Source: Camelus dromedarius (lineage: Eukaryota). Taken from it: a stretch of DNA of 64,000 nt. A program made the translations under genes and the position numbers. Under the pieces are notes generated by a model, which saw only the letters and a program-made list of their open reading frames with translations, did no database searches and had not been told where the DNA came from. Of the stretch, positions 48,936 through 61,600 are shown in pieces (the first letter of the stretch is position 1; each line of letters begins with the position of its first letter). Location of the stretch: NCBI RefSeq assembly GCF_036321535.1, contig NC_087438.1, forward strand, positions 1,984,001 to 2,048,000. Direction: 5' to 3'.

Positions 48936-50556
48936 GGATAATAATTTTAAAAAGTAAAGATTGAATTTAAAAAATATTCCAATTTTTTAAAAAGCATGAT
49001 CAAATAAAAGTAGTAAAATTGACATTTAAAGTCAATGCGCATGTGAAGCCACACCTGCAGATGAGAGTGTGTGTCCCTGCCCCAGACCTGCAGCCCGGGT
49101 GCCTGGGGGGCGTCCTGATCGCCAGGCTTTTCCCCACAGGCTGGGTGGTCGCTAAGGCTGTCGCTGTTGCCTTCGGGGCTCCCCCGGCTCTGGTCCCAGG
49201 TGCTGGCGGGGGTCCCAGGGCTCGGCCCGGGTGGATGCAGGATGGTGGGGCTGGACCAGGAGGCTCGCCCTGTGGACCCGCACAGTGCCCTCTGCCGGGC
49301 CTTCTGCCGGGGCGGCCTCCTGTCTCCGCACCAGTGTCCTGTCAGGCTTCACTGGAAACCGAAGATCAAAGCTCACTTACACTATGAGCGAACAGGTCTC
49401 TCAAGTCCAGGAGCCTCTGTTTATTATTTCAAGAAAACGGAGCTAATTTCTTGAAAGCCAGGCGGCCAGGCGCCGCCTCCCTTCCCGGGATGAGCCATGC
49501 GGTTTTGTGCGACAGGCCGGCGCTTGTCCTTTGGAAACCGGAGTGTTGAGGGTGTAGCCACACTGATGTCTTTGTAAAGGTGATACATGCGGTCTGTCTG
49601 TCAGACAAATACCCCAACAAGTACAGTGTTTATCAAATTACCTTTAAACGCGCAGGTCGGAGGGCCCTCGCAGCCAGACGTGGGAAGGCTTGCTTTGCCT
49701 CATTCACACAGAAATCGCTTAATGATAGTTAATATCGCCCTGTAATCTCAGCAGCTCCCATTTAATTGCAACTTTTTGAAGTCTGTCTGCACCCATGGAG
49801 GACGGCGGATCCCTGTCTTAAGCACGATTCAGGTGGTCCTGGCTCCCAGGGAGGCAGGGACAGCGGAGCTCGGTCACCTGCGGGAGCGCTCCAGTCCATC
49901 CTGGTCCGGGGCCCTGACCACTCTCCCCAGCGCTGGGGACACCGCACCTTGGGGAAGTCCTGGAAAGGGGCATGGGGCTACTGCACCCCCAGAAAGGACT
50001 TTTCTTTTTAAACCAAAATCTCAGCTTTCAAAAAAAAAAAAAAACACCAAATTCAGCACGGGCTTGCTTGGAAATGCCAGTGCAATGCTCTGAACACCTC
50101 CAGGCCCTGCCCTGTGGGAGGGCCAGCTGTAAGGCGAGCGCTGGCTGGCCTGTCCCGGGGGGTTCAGACGTTTCCTGGGAGGCAGCAAGCCCTTCTCCCC
50201 GCGCTGACCTCACCTCTGTCCCTAGGACGGGGGGGCCGGGGCCACACCCCGACTCACCCAGACTGGGTGTCCCTCCTGGGCTGCGGACATCAACACGTGA
50301 ACAGAAACTCCTGATTTAAGCATTTTTTCAGCACGTCTTCTCTATTTGATGACACAGAAGCAGACTTAATGGCACGTAATTATTCAAAATACATGGATAA
50401 GGGTTGAACTGAACTTTTCCAACCAAACCCATAAAACCACCTACTGATTAAGACTCACCTTTACAGCTGAGCCTTTCTCTAAATTTCATAGATTGATTTC
50501 ATATTCATTCTTCCATGTGATTCAAATACTCTGCAATGTGGGTCTATGAACATCTG

Positions 50557-50770
50557 TTGGGGTTAGCAGACACACACTACTGTATATAAAATAGATAAGA
50601 GCACAGGGAACTGTATTCAGTTTCTTATAATAACATATCATGGAAAAGAACCTGAAAAGAAAAAGCATCTATGTATGTATATGTATAACTGTATCACTTT
50701 GCTGTACGCCTGAGACTAACGTTGTAAATCAACTGCACTTCAATAAAAGATAAAATTAAAAAAGAAAGAA
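50557..50770 (+). mobile_element. 5'-truncated L1 3'UTR tail (older artiodactyl type)
   Basis: GGGGTTAGCAGACACACACTACTGTATATAAAATAGATAA...GCACAGGGAACTGTATTCAG...CACTTCAATAAAA. Confidence 0.9.
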
Positions 50771-52554
50771 TACTGAAGTATTTGGGTAATGCTGGCGGCC
50801 ATTTGGCCTGTGAGAGCCGTTGGATACTGTGGACCAGAAACCGGCAGACACAGTTTTAAGCACAGACGTGAAGGCATGATGTCTGGGCTTATGACAGAAG
50901 CCTTAATGTGTTGAATATTTTACTTGCTTTTTGAAGCAAAACAATATGTAATTTTTTAAAGTGTCAACATAGGTTTTCTCAGAAGACACATGGCTTAGGG
51001 GTTCCACTGGTTTGGGATATACCTTAATTAAAATTATTTATATGAGCTCTGTAATTTCCTTTTTTTGGTCTTTTGTTTACTTCTCTTCGGCGTCACAGGT
51101 GAATCCTTTCTCTTGACCCCTCAGCTGGATGTAGGGAGCCACTCACACACGCCGAGTGACACTGATTCTCATTCACACGCATTGGGCCTTTCTCTTGTGC
51201 AGCCTGCCTTTAGGAGGGGCGGGATCCACCTTTTTGTTCTGCTGAGCTAGAAAGCCACGTGGGACAGAACAGGAGGGCCTGGTGGGCCGTTTTAACTCTT
51301 GATCGTCAGGCCTGGAGGCCGCCTCCTTCCCCCAGGCATCCTCCGCATCGGATGGGAGGAAGCGTGAGCGTCTCTGGCTGTACCGTGTCGCCATCTCTCA
51401 TTCCTCCACTTCTTATCACAAAATCGACACCATGCCCAGCTGGAGTATCACACCCCCGAATTCTCGGTTGCTCCAGGTAGGCGAACGGTCACCTTGCAGT
51501 CATCTCAAAGGAGGAACACACACACGAACTGATTAAGTAAGCCAGTGTCTACTGCACACGAGCAGGGCCTGCAGAGGAGGAGCGGGTGTACCTGTGAAGC
51601 CTCCCGGGGTGGAGTGGGGTGTTAATTACACCCCTGCTACTGGCTGATCTGTGTCTTGTTGCCTTTTGTCTTGGAGATAACTGCCTGGACTTCAAAGGAT
51701 GCTTTAAATTTGAATCTCTGCTCCATGGCAAAAGCCAGTGTGAAAAGGCTGGGATTACAGTAAAAGTTCTGCAGTTAAATGCCTGAGCTCGTTTTCGCAC
51801 AAACTTCACAACAGTCAATGCCATACATAAACCTCTCAGCATTTTCAAGACAAACCTCTTTTAGAGCTTAGCCTGGGAAACCCACACACGTTACTTAAAG
51901 ACGAGCACACCCTGGTCTTCATTCCCGCACCCTAAAAGCCTCAAGAGGCCTCGGTTTCCCTGATCCTGTCGAGGTGTTGCTTCTGAAAGACAAAGTCGGG
52001 TAGACTGGAGTCCGCGGTGCACGTGGAGCTCCGCGGTTACTGACTGCGTTCCGTCCAGGTGCACACACCGGCCCACACCCTCCCGAATCAGGTGGGGGTG
52101 TTTACCAACTTCTGCACAGTTTTTTAGCCTCTCTGGGTGGTACGTGGCAACGAGATGGAAGCGGGTGATGAAGGTGCTGGTGACTCCTGTATTAGCACAA
52201 ACTGTCCCGTCAGACACAACCTGCTGTGTCCTGTCACCGCTTACCGGCCGCAGCACCCCAGTGCGCCTGCTGCCCCTGCGAGCAGCTTTGTGCGTTCAGA
52301 GGACCAGTTCCTATTTTTTCACGGTGAGGATGCTAATTCCACCCTCCCCCCTCCCCATGTCCATTCCTCTCTGACACCCACCTTCACAGTCACTTCCTAA
52401 GACAGTCCCTTTGCCGATGTCGCTAGCAGGACCCCGTCTCTTGCACAGCCTCACGTCACAGCAGGCCCCGCGGGTATTTTGTAGATTAACCAGCACCTGC
52501 TTTTCCTGACACAAGGTCTTTAGAACTGTATTTATGTTTTGTTTTCCTGTGCCA

Positions 52555-52577
52555 TGTGTGCGTGTGTGTGTGTGTGC
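52555..52577. repeat. (TG)n microsatellite
   Basis: Direct reading. Confidence 0.9.
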
Positions 52578-52929
52578 ACATGCATCGCCAAGGCGACCAC
52601 CCTGACGTTCCTAAGGGCTTTTGTTAAATGCTTGTTACGGTGTCCACTTGGTTTCCTTAAGGAGGAAGCTAAAGAATTCCTTGTTCTTAAGCATGATTTC
52701 CTCGCACTTACTTTCTTGAGGAATCGCGGGGAGCCGGGGGGGCTGGGAGGGAAGCGTTCGCGTCCCGCTCGGCCATTGTCCTTCTGGAGAGCCGTCCTGC
52801 CGCCACTCCGATCACTCACGATTCTCCCCGACGCGTCGCGCCTCCCCAGGCTGGCTCTCCCTCCCGTCCAGCTGCACAAAGGGCTGCTCCCCGGCCGGGG
52901 CTCCGAGACGGCCGCTCTCAGCTGCTCCT

Positions 52930-53860
52930 GTCCCCAGTAATTAGCCTGTGATGGCCGCGGCCTCTTGTGGCTTTGCCTGCGAGAGACATTTGACACAGCA
53001 GACATCAGAGGGGTTTTCAGGAGGCTCTTGTGGCGTCCGAATGGCTCTTAATTAACCGCTTAGGTCTCCTCCTTCAGTCCCCTGCTTGGCACTTTCCAAA
53101 TGGTAGGGGTTTCACCGTGGATCTAAACTCCGGGGGAAGCGTGCTATCAAAAGATGTTGTAAATGAAGGCTTGTGTAAATTATTTTTAATGATCCCCTCC
53201 TGGCACATCATTATGTTTGTAGCTACACACAGGCACTTCAGAGAGGGCTCTCCTTCCGCGAGGTCAGCTCCAGGACCACCGCGACTGGCTGCAGTCAGGA
53301 AATGGCTTATTAATTAGCGCCGTGATTTTACACCGCTAAGAGCTCTGATGTATGGAGCTGGAATTGCAATTGTGTAGACTCAAAATAATAAGCCATCTCC
53401 GGGCTCCTTATGCAAATTGGCATATTATAAAATCATTACCTATCTAAACACCGAGTTTTANNNNNNNNNNNNNNNNNNNNNNNNNNNNNNNNNNNNNNNN
53501 NNNNNNNNNNNNNNNNNNNNNNNNNNNNNNNNNNNNNNNNNNNNNNNNNNNNNNNNNNNNNNNNNNNNNNNNNNNNNNNNNNNNNNNNNNNNCTATTCCG
53601 TGCTTCTGGTTCAAATCAGGTTATTCTCTTTGGTCACAGGAAATAGGCCTTCTTAGCAATAGGTATGTGACATTATGGAACGCTTGTACAGAGAGATGTT
53701 TAACCATCACTTTTTTATGAGTATGATTTTGATTACAATAGAGCGTCAACCATGAGACAAGAAATGCTAAGTGGCATTGGAAGTGGCTTCTATTATATGA
53801 GTGACACGGCAAAGAAGTAAAATCAGGGAAAAACATTACATCTTTATAAAAGCTCATGGA
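52930..53860. promoter_or_regulatory. Candidate conserved non-coding element; N block 53461-53592 (132 bp)
   Basis: TAATTA sites near 52937, 53048 and 53311; octamer ATGCAAAT 53410-53417; no repeat similarity. Confidence 0.5.
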
Positions 53861-55846
53861 TTTGGGGTGGGGATTGAATTTTTAAATAATTATGGTTTTA
53901 GAAGCAAAACATTTTCTAAAACCTATGCGATGCAATTTAATTCTAATACATTGATTTAAAATCGCCCATATAATGATTTATGTATGATGTCATACAATAA
54001 GTGGCAGTCATTCTTGTCTCTAAAGCCAACCCTATCAGGCAAGAGAGGAAAAGGTTTCCTTTTATTTGATGTGGAGCAAACCGGTGCGCGAGCGATCACT
54101 CTCCCACGTGAAGTACCGCCCACAGAAACGGCTGCACGCCTGCCACGATCCCCATGCGTGATCTGAAGAGAATTATGGTGCCGCTTTCTTGACGAGGGGT
54201 ACAGTGGGAGCGTGGAAGGACTGTTTTCTGCCTTTATGACGTTGAATTGAGCGCACAGAGACCTGGCGTGTGCCCTAATATTAGGCGGCGTGAGCTGGTG
54301 AAAGAATGACTGGGTTTAAAACATTAAGTGAAGCAGTTTTTAGAAAAGCAGCGTTACATCTTTGGGGGAACGAAGGACATGCAAGCGGATCGTGATGATT
54401 TGATGAGTTCGTTGCAGAATAAGTAGGACTATTGAAACAGCTGCTTTCCCGTTAATCCCCCGGGGACGCCGAAGGATCTGGGTGGGACTGAACTCCCCCA
54501 GTTCTGCCTCCAGCCACTGGAGCCAGACTGTGCAGGGTGACCTGGAACCCAGCCCAGGTGAGGCGGGGGGGGGGGCCTGGGGGCCCTTGGTGAGCGACGG
54601 CGACACCCACAGAGGACTCGGCGGGTGTCCAGAGCTGGGCCGGAGTGCCCCCCGCTGGAGTCCCGCTCAGCGCGGCTGGGGTTTCTCCACTGCTCCCCCG
54701 GACCCGGCCTCCCCCACCCCAGCCGCGGCGCTGCGTGTGGCAGGCCCATCCCCAGAGCCCTCCTCCGTGAACCGCCACGGCGCCTGCCCAAGTCGCCTGA
54801 TCGATAGCTAGTCTGCACGGTCACCAGCCCAGGTGCGTTTCCCAGCTCCTCCTCCAAACATGCATGTGCAGCAGGTGCAGGGACCCCAGACGCAGGCCCC
54901 TCACTCACCACGGCTCCACCCCCTCCACGCAGCCTGGACCAGGTGGTGCTCCCTTCCTGCAGGCTCGCTTCCTGCTCTTGGCAATTTGGCCCACAGTCAG
55001 GTTCTGGTGTTGGGGTCCCCGCCGTGTGCGCTTGCCGATCTGACTCTGCACACAGCTTCCTGGACATCCTCAGCCTGCACACCCAACCCCACCTGCCGTT
55101 TCCCGGCACTCCGACCTTCGACCTGGCCTTGCACCGGTTTCACTGAGCCACGGCGACCCTGTCTTCGTGGGTCTGAAATTCCGTACATTTACTTGTAACA
55201 AATCCTCAGCAAGAGGCAGACAGCCTTCCCCTGAGAGCTCTGCCCTACGTGTTCCAGAAGCTTCTGCTGCAGGCTGGGGTTCTATGCAGGGAGACCGAGC
55301 CACGTGTGGCCGACTTCCCCTCCCTGCTCCTGCTTCTTAGCCAGACGGCTTCTGAGCACTTGGCTGGCCCTGGTGCGGGGGACTCTCTGAGCTGCTCTTC
55401 CGCGCTCAGCCCTGGTTTACAGCGGGATGTCTGTGGACAGCCTGTTATGGGTCCAGAGCCAATGCTGGGGTGCAATGTCCTGAGAGGCATACGCCCCCTC
55501 TCCTCGGCTTCCCCAGTCTCTAGTGGTTAATTTTAGAAGAATAACTGCTTTTAAAACAAAATCGGTTAGATGTGTTCTGTGGAAGAAATGAAGTACTTGA
55601 CTAATTGTGGTGTAAGCCAAGCAGATGCCACTGTCAACAGAAGGATGGAGGCCAGGACACCCAGCCCTGTCCATCTCCACCTCCACCCGCCTCCATCTCC
55701 TCCTGCATCAGGATCACTCCCTGACGTTCTCAGCACCCAGCACTGTCCTCCTCCATCTCCTCCATCAGGACCGCCTCAACTCCTCATCCTCACCCCTGCA
55801 GCCGAGTGTGCGCAGTGCTGGTGGACTCTCGAGCCTGTGACCCACC

Positions 55847-56267
55847 TGCATGAGTGTCCCCAGGCTGCTGTAATAAAGCACACAGACTGGGCGGCTTACC
55901 CTGTAGAAATTTATTCTCTCACAGCTCTGAGTCCAGAATCCTGAAATCAAGGTGCGCGCAGGGCCGCGCTCCCTCCGAGGGCTCCAGGGAGGATCTTTGC
56001 CTCTTCCAGCTGCCGGCAGTTGCCGTGATCCTGGGGCTCCTGGGCTTGCGGACGCCTCACTCCAGGCTCTGTCTCCATCCTCACCTGGTGATGTCCCCTG
56101 TGTCTGCACCCAAACACCTCTCTTACAAGGACACGGGTCATTGGATTATGACCCCCTCTCATCCAGCTGAGCTGAGCACATCTGCCCAGACCCTCCTTCC
56201 AAACAGGGTCACATCCTGAGCTTCCGAGTGCACTCGAGCTTGGAGGGAACCCGTTCAACCGGCTACC
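55847..56267 (-). mobile_element. MLT1 (MLT1C-like) MaLR solo LTR
   Basis: AGAAATTTATTCTCTCACAGCTCTGAG...GAAATCAAGGTG...CAGGGCCGCGCTCCCTCCGAGG...TCTTACAAGGACAC..GTCATTGGATTA...TTCCAAACAGGGTCACAT is collinear with the recalled MLT1 consensus. Confidence 0.85.
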
Positions 56268-56478
56268 CCATCCCACCCAAGGAAGGAGGAGGAGGGCAGG
56301 GCCTCCAGCCAGCCACCCCTGCCCTGTCCTTCTGGGAGGAGAACAGAGGCCTTCGCACCAGCCACCCACCACGTCCATCCACACGGGTTTAATTTCTTTC
56401 CCTTATTGACTGAATCAGGTTCATGGAATGAGGTGCTTTTTGTGCAGTGTCCCCCAGACCCCAGAGAAATTCGGTGCT

Positions 56479-56873
56479 TGTGTTAGTCAGGGGTTCCCGA
56501 TAGGAGATACACGTACATAAATAGGAATAAAATGTCTATTATGTCATATTAACCTCCCGATTGTGAGGGACTGGCTGCCGTGACTGTGAAAGCTCTCACG
56601 ATCTGCCACTCAGGTGGGGGCCCGGCGAGCCAGCGGTGTAGCCCCTGCGCAAAGTCGGGCAGAAGAAAAGAGTAACTTCTCTCTTCCTCCACCTTTTGTT
56701 CTATCCAGGCTCCCAGCGGGTCGGAAGATGCCGCCTGCTTTGGGGAGGGCCGTCCGCTTTACGGGGTCTGCCCATTCGAATGCCAGTCTCACCCAGAAAC
56801 ACCTCCCAGACCCCCAGAACGATATTTAGCCAGACATCAGGGCCCAGGGCTCCAGCCCAGCGGGCTCGCTCAC
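56479..56873 (-). mobile_element. MLT2 (ERVL) solo LTR
   Basis: TGTGTTAGTCAGGGGTTC...CTTCCTCCACCTTTTGTTCTATCCAGGC...TTGGGGAGGGC...CCAGAAACACCTCCCAGAC is collinear with the recalled MLT2 consensus. Confidence 0.8.
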
Positions 56874-58471
56874 TGTCTCATTTCCTCCTCCACGCACCCC
56901 TGGCGTGCACCGCGGTCCACACTGACCCGTCTCTCACCTGGGCAACGGCCCAGGACTGCAGGCCCTCCACCCACCACGAGGGCCCCATCTGCAGTCACGC
57001 GATCAACATGTTGAGCCAAGCCACCCCGAAACACTTTCCATAAAGAGCCGACGCCTCGGCGAGTGGCCTCCCGAGGCCCCGGCTGGGCCCGCACCTTCCC
57101 CGGCGTCCTGTGGTTCAAGGTTCTTCAGTGATGCTGTTTGCTGTTTCGGTGTCCTCTGCCTGGGAGGCTGTGTCCTCCACGTGCACCCTCTCCTCCTCTG
57201 CTCCTTCTCCAGACCCCAGCTACGCCGTCGTTCCTCTGTCGCAAAGCCGCCCCCCCTTTCCCAGACCCCGACACCCCCCTTAGTAAACACTTTCATCACA
57301 GTTGCAATTCACAGCCACATGTGCCTCTCAAAGTCACGCAGGGGCACGGAGGTTGCCTTCAGCAGCTCCGCTGCTCTCGGAGGCAGAAGCCATGTCTCAC
57401 CCCCTCATCACGGTGGTCTTGGTTCTCATTTCAACTCGTGGGTCACGGTAATTCCTTATCTGGTGAACAAACAGACATCAGCACGCTCTGAAAATGCTTC
57501 TCCTGGAATTTAGCCTCCTCAAAACATGAGCTGCCCCGTCACGCTTCCTCTCTTTGCCTGCCTTTACATCCCTGTCTGCTTTCCAGGGAGAGTGACGTTG
57601 TGCTGTGAGGTGTCGTTGATACCTTTTCACGCATGTTGTGCATTATATTTTTATTTCAGGAAGGACCAGCCATCAGATTATTTTGACAAGTGTCACTTGG
57701 GGAAGGAGGGAGAGAGCATGACTATTCTTTACAAACGCAAACAGATAACTTTCTTTCTCCTGGTCTAGAGCTGACCTTTGACAAGGGGGTCCTGCTACAC
57801 CAAAACCAGATCATCGACGTCATCTTTTTTCCAGAGATTTTGCACCTGAGGTCCATCCCACAGGCATCTCGTGACGGCCTCCCAGGCACTGTCGGCACCT
57901 TGCTCTGCTCACCCCGTGTTCTGGGTTTGTGTGAGGCGCATCCAAGAAGCCAGCCCCATCAGCCGAGGCCCAGCCACTCAAGGATCCCAGCGCACACCAG
58001 CTCGCTGCTCTCCTGGGGCGGCTGGAGCCAGACCCAGGACCCACAGGCCGGCATCTCCCTCCACACGTCGTCCGCTCAACCCTCGGTGTGCTGTGGTCTG
58101 TGTAAGGCCTCGGCCGGCCGCCCACGTGCCCCACTGAAGAGGTCACCCGGCTTCTTCCGGCTTTTCCTGCGGCCCCGGCCACCCCAGCCAAGCATAGCAC
58201 GAGCTGGCGTCCCCGAAGCGTCCCCGCTCCTCCCCGTTCTAGCAGGTGCGGGTCCGAGACCATCCCGGCCGCGGCAACTGTGAGAGAGCCCGAGCTCGCC
58301 GTGTCTCCGCTGAAGGGGGCTGCTAAGTTCTGTGTTACGAGGGGGAGCCCCGCGGGGATGCTTTCTGCCTCGCAACACACCCCGCGTGGTCCAGGGCACG
58401 TGCGGCGGCGGCCCGGGCTCCACCCGACTTCGCACTTTCCTCAGGGACACGCACCGAGACGATTGTGAGTG

Positions 58472-58669
58472 TTTTCTTTTTTTTTTTTTTTTTTCATAAA
58501 AACTTTCCGTTCTGTTTTCCTGTGGTGAGGTCAGTCACGGCGCTGTGCCCGCTTCCGGTGCACAGCGTCATGGCTCGGTCTTCCACGTGCACACATGGAT
58601 TTCTCTCCATGTTCTCTTCCTTGTAAGTCACCACAAGACATTGGATATAGCTCCCTGTGCTACACAGTA
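58472..58669 (-). mobile_element. 5'-truncated L1 3'UTR tail, strongly GC-shifted
   Basis: Poly-T, then ...CACAAGACATTGGATATAGCTCCCTGTGCTACACAGTA; aligns to the other L1 tails in this window. Confidence 0.85.
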
Positions 58670-61600
58670 TTGCAAGCAATTGTTGAGTTCATTATTTTTA
58701 GTCCCAGAATTAATTTTTAAATGAAGATCCCCCCCAAAATAAAAAAAAAAAACCTGGCACATTGGCATGGGGGGGGCACTCATCAGCGAGGACTCGAGCC
58801 CAGAGTTTCTGTCCCTCCAGGCAGAGCCCTCTTCCCTCCGAGCACCCTGAGCGAGTGGCACCGGGGCCAAGGTGGCCCACCTGGCAGCGGCTGTGCAGGT
58901 GGAAGGCACACACCCTGTGACCCTGGGCTGGGCCAGCCCAGGAGCGTGGGGGGCATGGGGCTCACCTCCAGCTGCATCCTTGGTGGTGCCCCTCAGGGCA
59001 GCAGCTGCCTGTTCCTCATGCTGTCTCCTCCCTCCTCCCCTCACGAGCGGTTCAGGACTAAGTGACGAGGGGGGAGGGCAAACTTGAGGCCCACCAGCCA
59101 GGCTCACTGACTTTCTACATCTACTTCCATCCGGCCCATCCCCTGGTCCCAACTCACTGGTACAGGGGGACATCTCCCGGGGCAAGGGGTCCCTGCCTTG
59201 GTTCTCTGCCCTCTTGGGAGCACGGCATCCAGCAAAGGAATTCTTCTCCGAGGCACAAGGAGCAGAGGGGCCACCTGGTGTCCGAGGCCTCCTTGACCTC
59301 CTTTCCTGGAGGTCCAGAAGCCACAGGAGGACAGCACTCCTTGTGTCCTGCCTCTGGCCTCTCCTGGCATCACCGAGGGTCTCTGCTTTTTTGTGAGACC
59401 CTCCCCTGCACGTCCACACAGCCAGCCCGTTCTCTTTCTCCCCCTCCTTGATGTCCCAGACACTGGGGGAGCCACAGGGGTCCCCGATGACTGACCACCA
59501 GGCCTCTAGGCAGCCATGGTGCCCCACCAAGGATGCAGCCTCCTGAGGAATCCACAGCTGTCCACCCACATTCCCCTGCGGGCCGCGCTCGCCCTGAAGT
59601 GGGAAGACACGTGTCCTTCCCCAGTTTGTGCCCAAGTCCCTGGGAGCCAGAGCAGTCCTCCCTCAGCCCCGCCTGCCTTCGGAGAGCAGCCCCGCCTGCC
59701 CCCGTCTCCCGGGTGCTCAGAGCGCCCAGGCAAGGTGGTGAGTGGGGCTCCTGAGTAAATGCAGCCCTGCTTTGGGGGCTCCCTGCAGACCCTTGTCCTC
59801 GCTCGCTGGATGCACCCCAGCAGCAGAGAAACAGTGACAAATCCTGGAAGCGATGCAGGGGACACAGGTCGGATCTCAGACCTACCGCCCACCATAACAA
59901 GGGCCCTGCTTGCCTCCTCTCCCGTTTGGGGGCTGTGGGTGCAGAAAGGGCCCCACGTGGCACAAAGGACCACAGACGGCATCCTTTCCTAGAGCCGAGG
60001 CAGCCCCACTCGGAGCCATAGAGGTGGAAGGATTTGGAGTTGAGGAAAGCGGGGTGACCGAGGTCAGTGGTCAAGCACCAGAGCTGGGGCACACACTGAG
60101 CCTGCAGCCGCTGCGGCCTGTTCTGCACGGAGGATGCCTTGTGCATGCCCGCCTTGCACTCAGCCGGACGCCGCAAGCTTCTTCTCTCCACGAGGATGGC
60201 AGGCGTGTGAGGATGCGTGCCGTCTCCACGGCTTCCCTCCCAGACGCCCCCTCTCAGGCTCCCAGGGGGCTGGCTTCCAGGACTGGGTGCCGGGCTGGGA
60301 GGGGCTATCCGTGCTGCCACCTCCGCGTCACACACCTGAGAACCTCGAGGGCGCAGAGGCCAGCGGGGTTCCTGATGGATGGAGCTGGCGAGCAAGACGT
60401 CGCTGCTGCGCCGCGCGGGCCTGACGGCAGAAAGCCTCCTCCAGACCCGGCCTGTGCTGCTGCCCCGCTCCGCTGCAGGAGCGCAACGACAGTGGCACGG
60501 CCGGAGCCCGGCCGGACCCCAGCCATCGGCCCAGGGAATGAGGGACGGCCTGGGGCGTCCCAGAGGGAAATGGCCAGTGCACCCCGGGACCCGGCATGGC
60601 TGCCAACACCTGCCACACGGCGGCCGGCTCCCGTGTTGGATCCCGGCGCAGATCTTCGCCAAAAATTCCAGTTCAAAGAGACGAGCCCTGAGACTGAGTT
60701 TTACATAAAGCGTTGTGTGTAGCTCTGTTTGATCAAACATACTTCTGAGCTTCAATCTCTTTTCAAAGAAGAAAAATCCAATTTTATCGTGTTTTAGATT
60801 ACGGTCTCCATGCTCCAAATGAAATTTGGTGATCAGCCGGGATAAATCGGAAAGAGGGTGAGCATAGAATTTCACTTTACAAAAACAGAAGGGAGAAGAG
60901 AAGAGGTCTGAGTTCGATGGAAATTTTTCCAAATATTTACATAATTTATTGAATTTAAATAAATAAAAAATAAATTGTATGTATTGTTTCATTGATACAT
61001 CAAATGACAAACTTGGCTTTCAGGAAGTCTCGGGGCAGGTCGCTGGAAGCACGGAGACTGCAAGTTAGGAAGTCTGGTTTGCAGGGCTGCGCTCACCTCC
61101 ACGCGGCAGCCTTGAGTGTGTGCACTTCGACGTTTGCTTTTATTTTAAATGTTAATGTTATTATCTATTACTTGCGTATGCGGTGCTCTCCCTGAGTAAC
61201 TCTTTTTTTCCTGCTTACACCATGTGTTAAGGAACGCAAAAATCTTTGGGTCATTTTTGTGGAGTGATTGATCTTGTGAGAACTTTAAGATAGAAGTTTG
61301 AAATTCTGCACAGGCTCTGAAAAAGTGCTCTGTATGATGTATTTTTTTTAAACAAAACACGTGGAGACAGTTTTTTCTCGGTCAACTGGAAGATGCAAAT
61401 TGTTCTCCGAGTCTGAGCGGAAGTAGAGGCTGTGGCTTTGGCTGCAGAACGACAGTGCCAGGCCCCCGGAACCCTGTGCTTTGAGCTTCTTCCTTGAGGA
61501 CCCATGAGGACCACCTGCCAGATGCCGGTGCCCCCACACCTGCCAGTGGTCGCTGATGGCATCCACCCTGTGATGTTTCTAGCACTCTTGTCCTCCGTGA

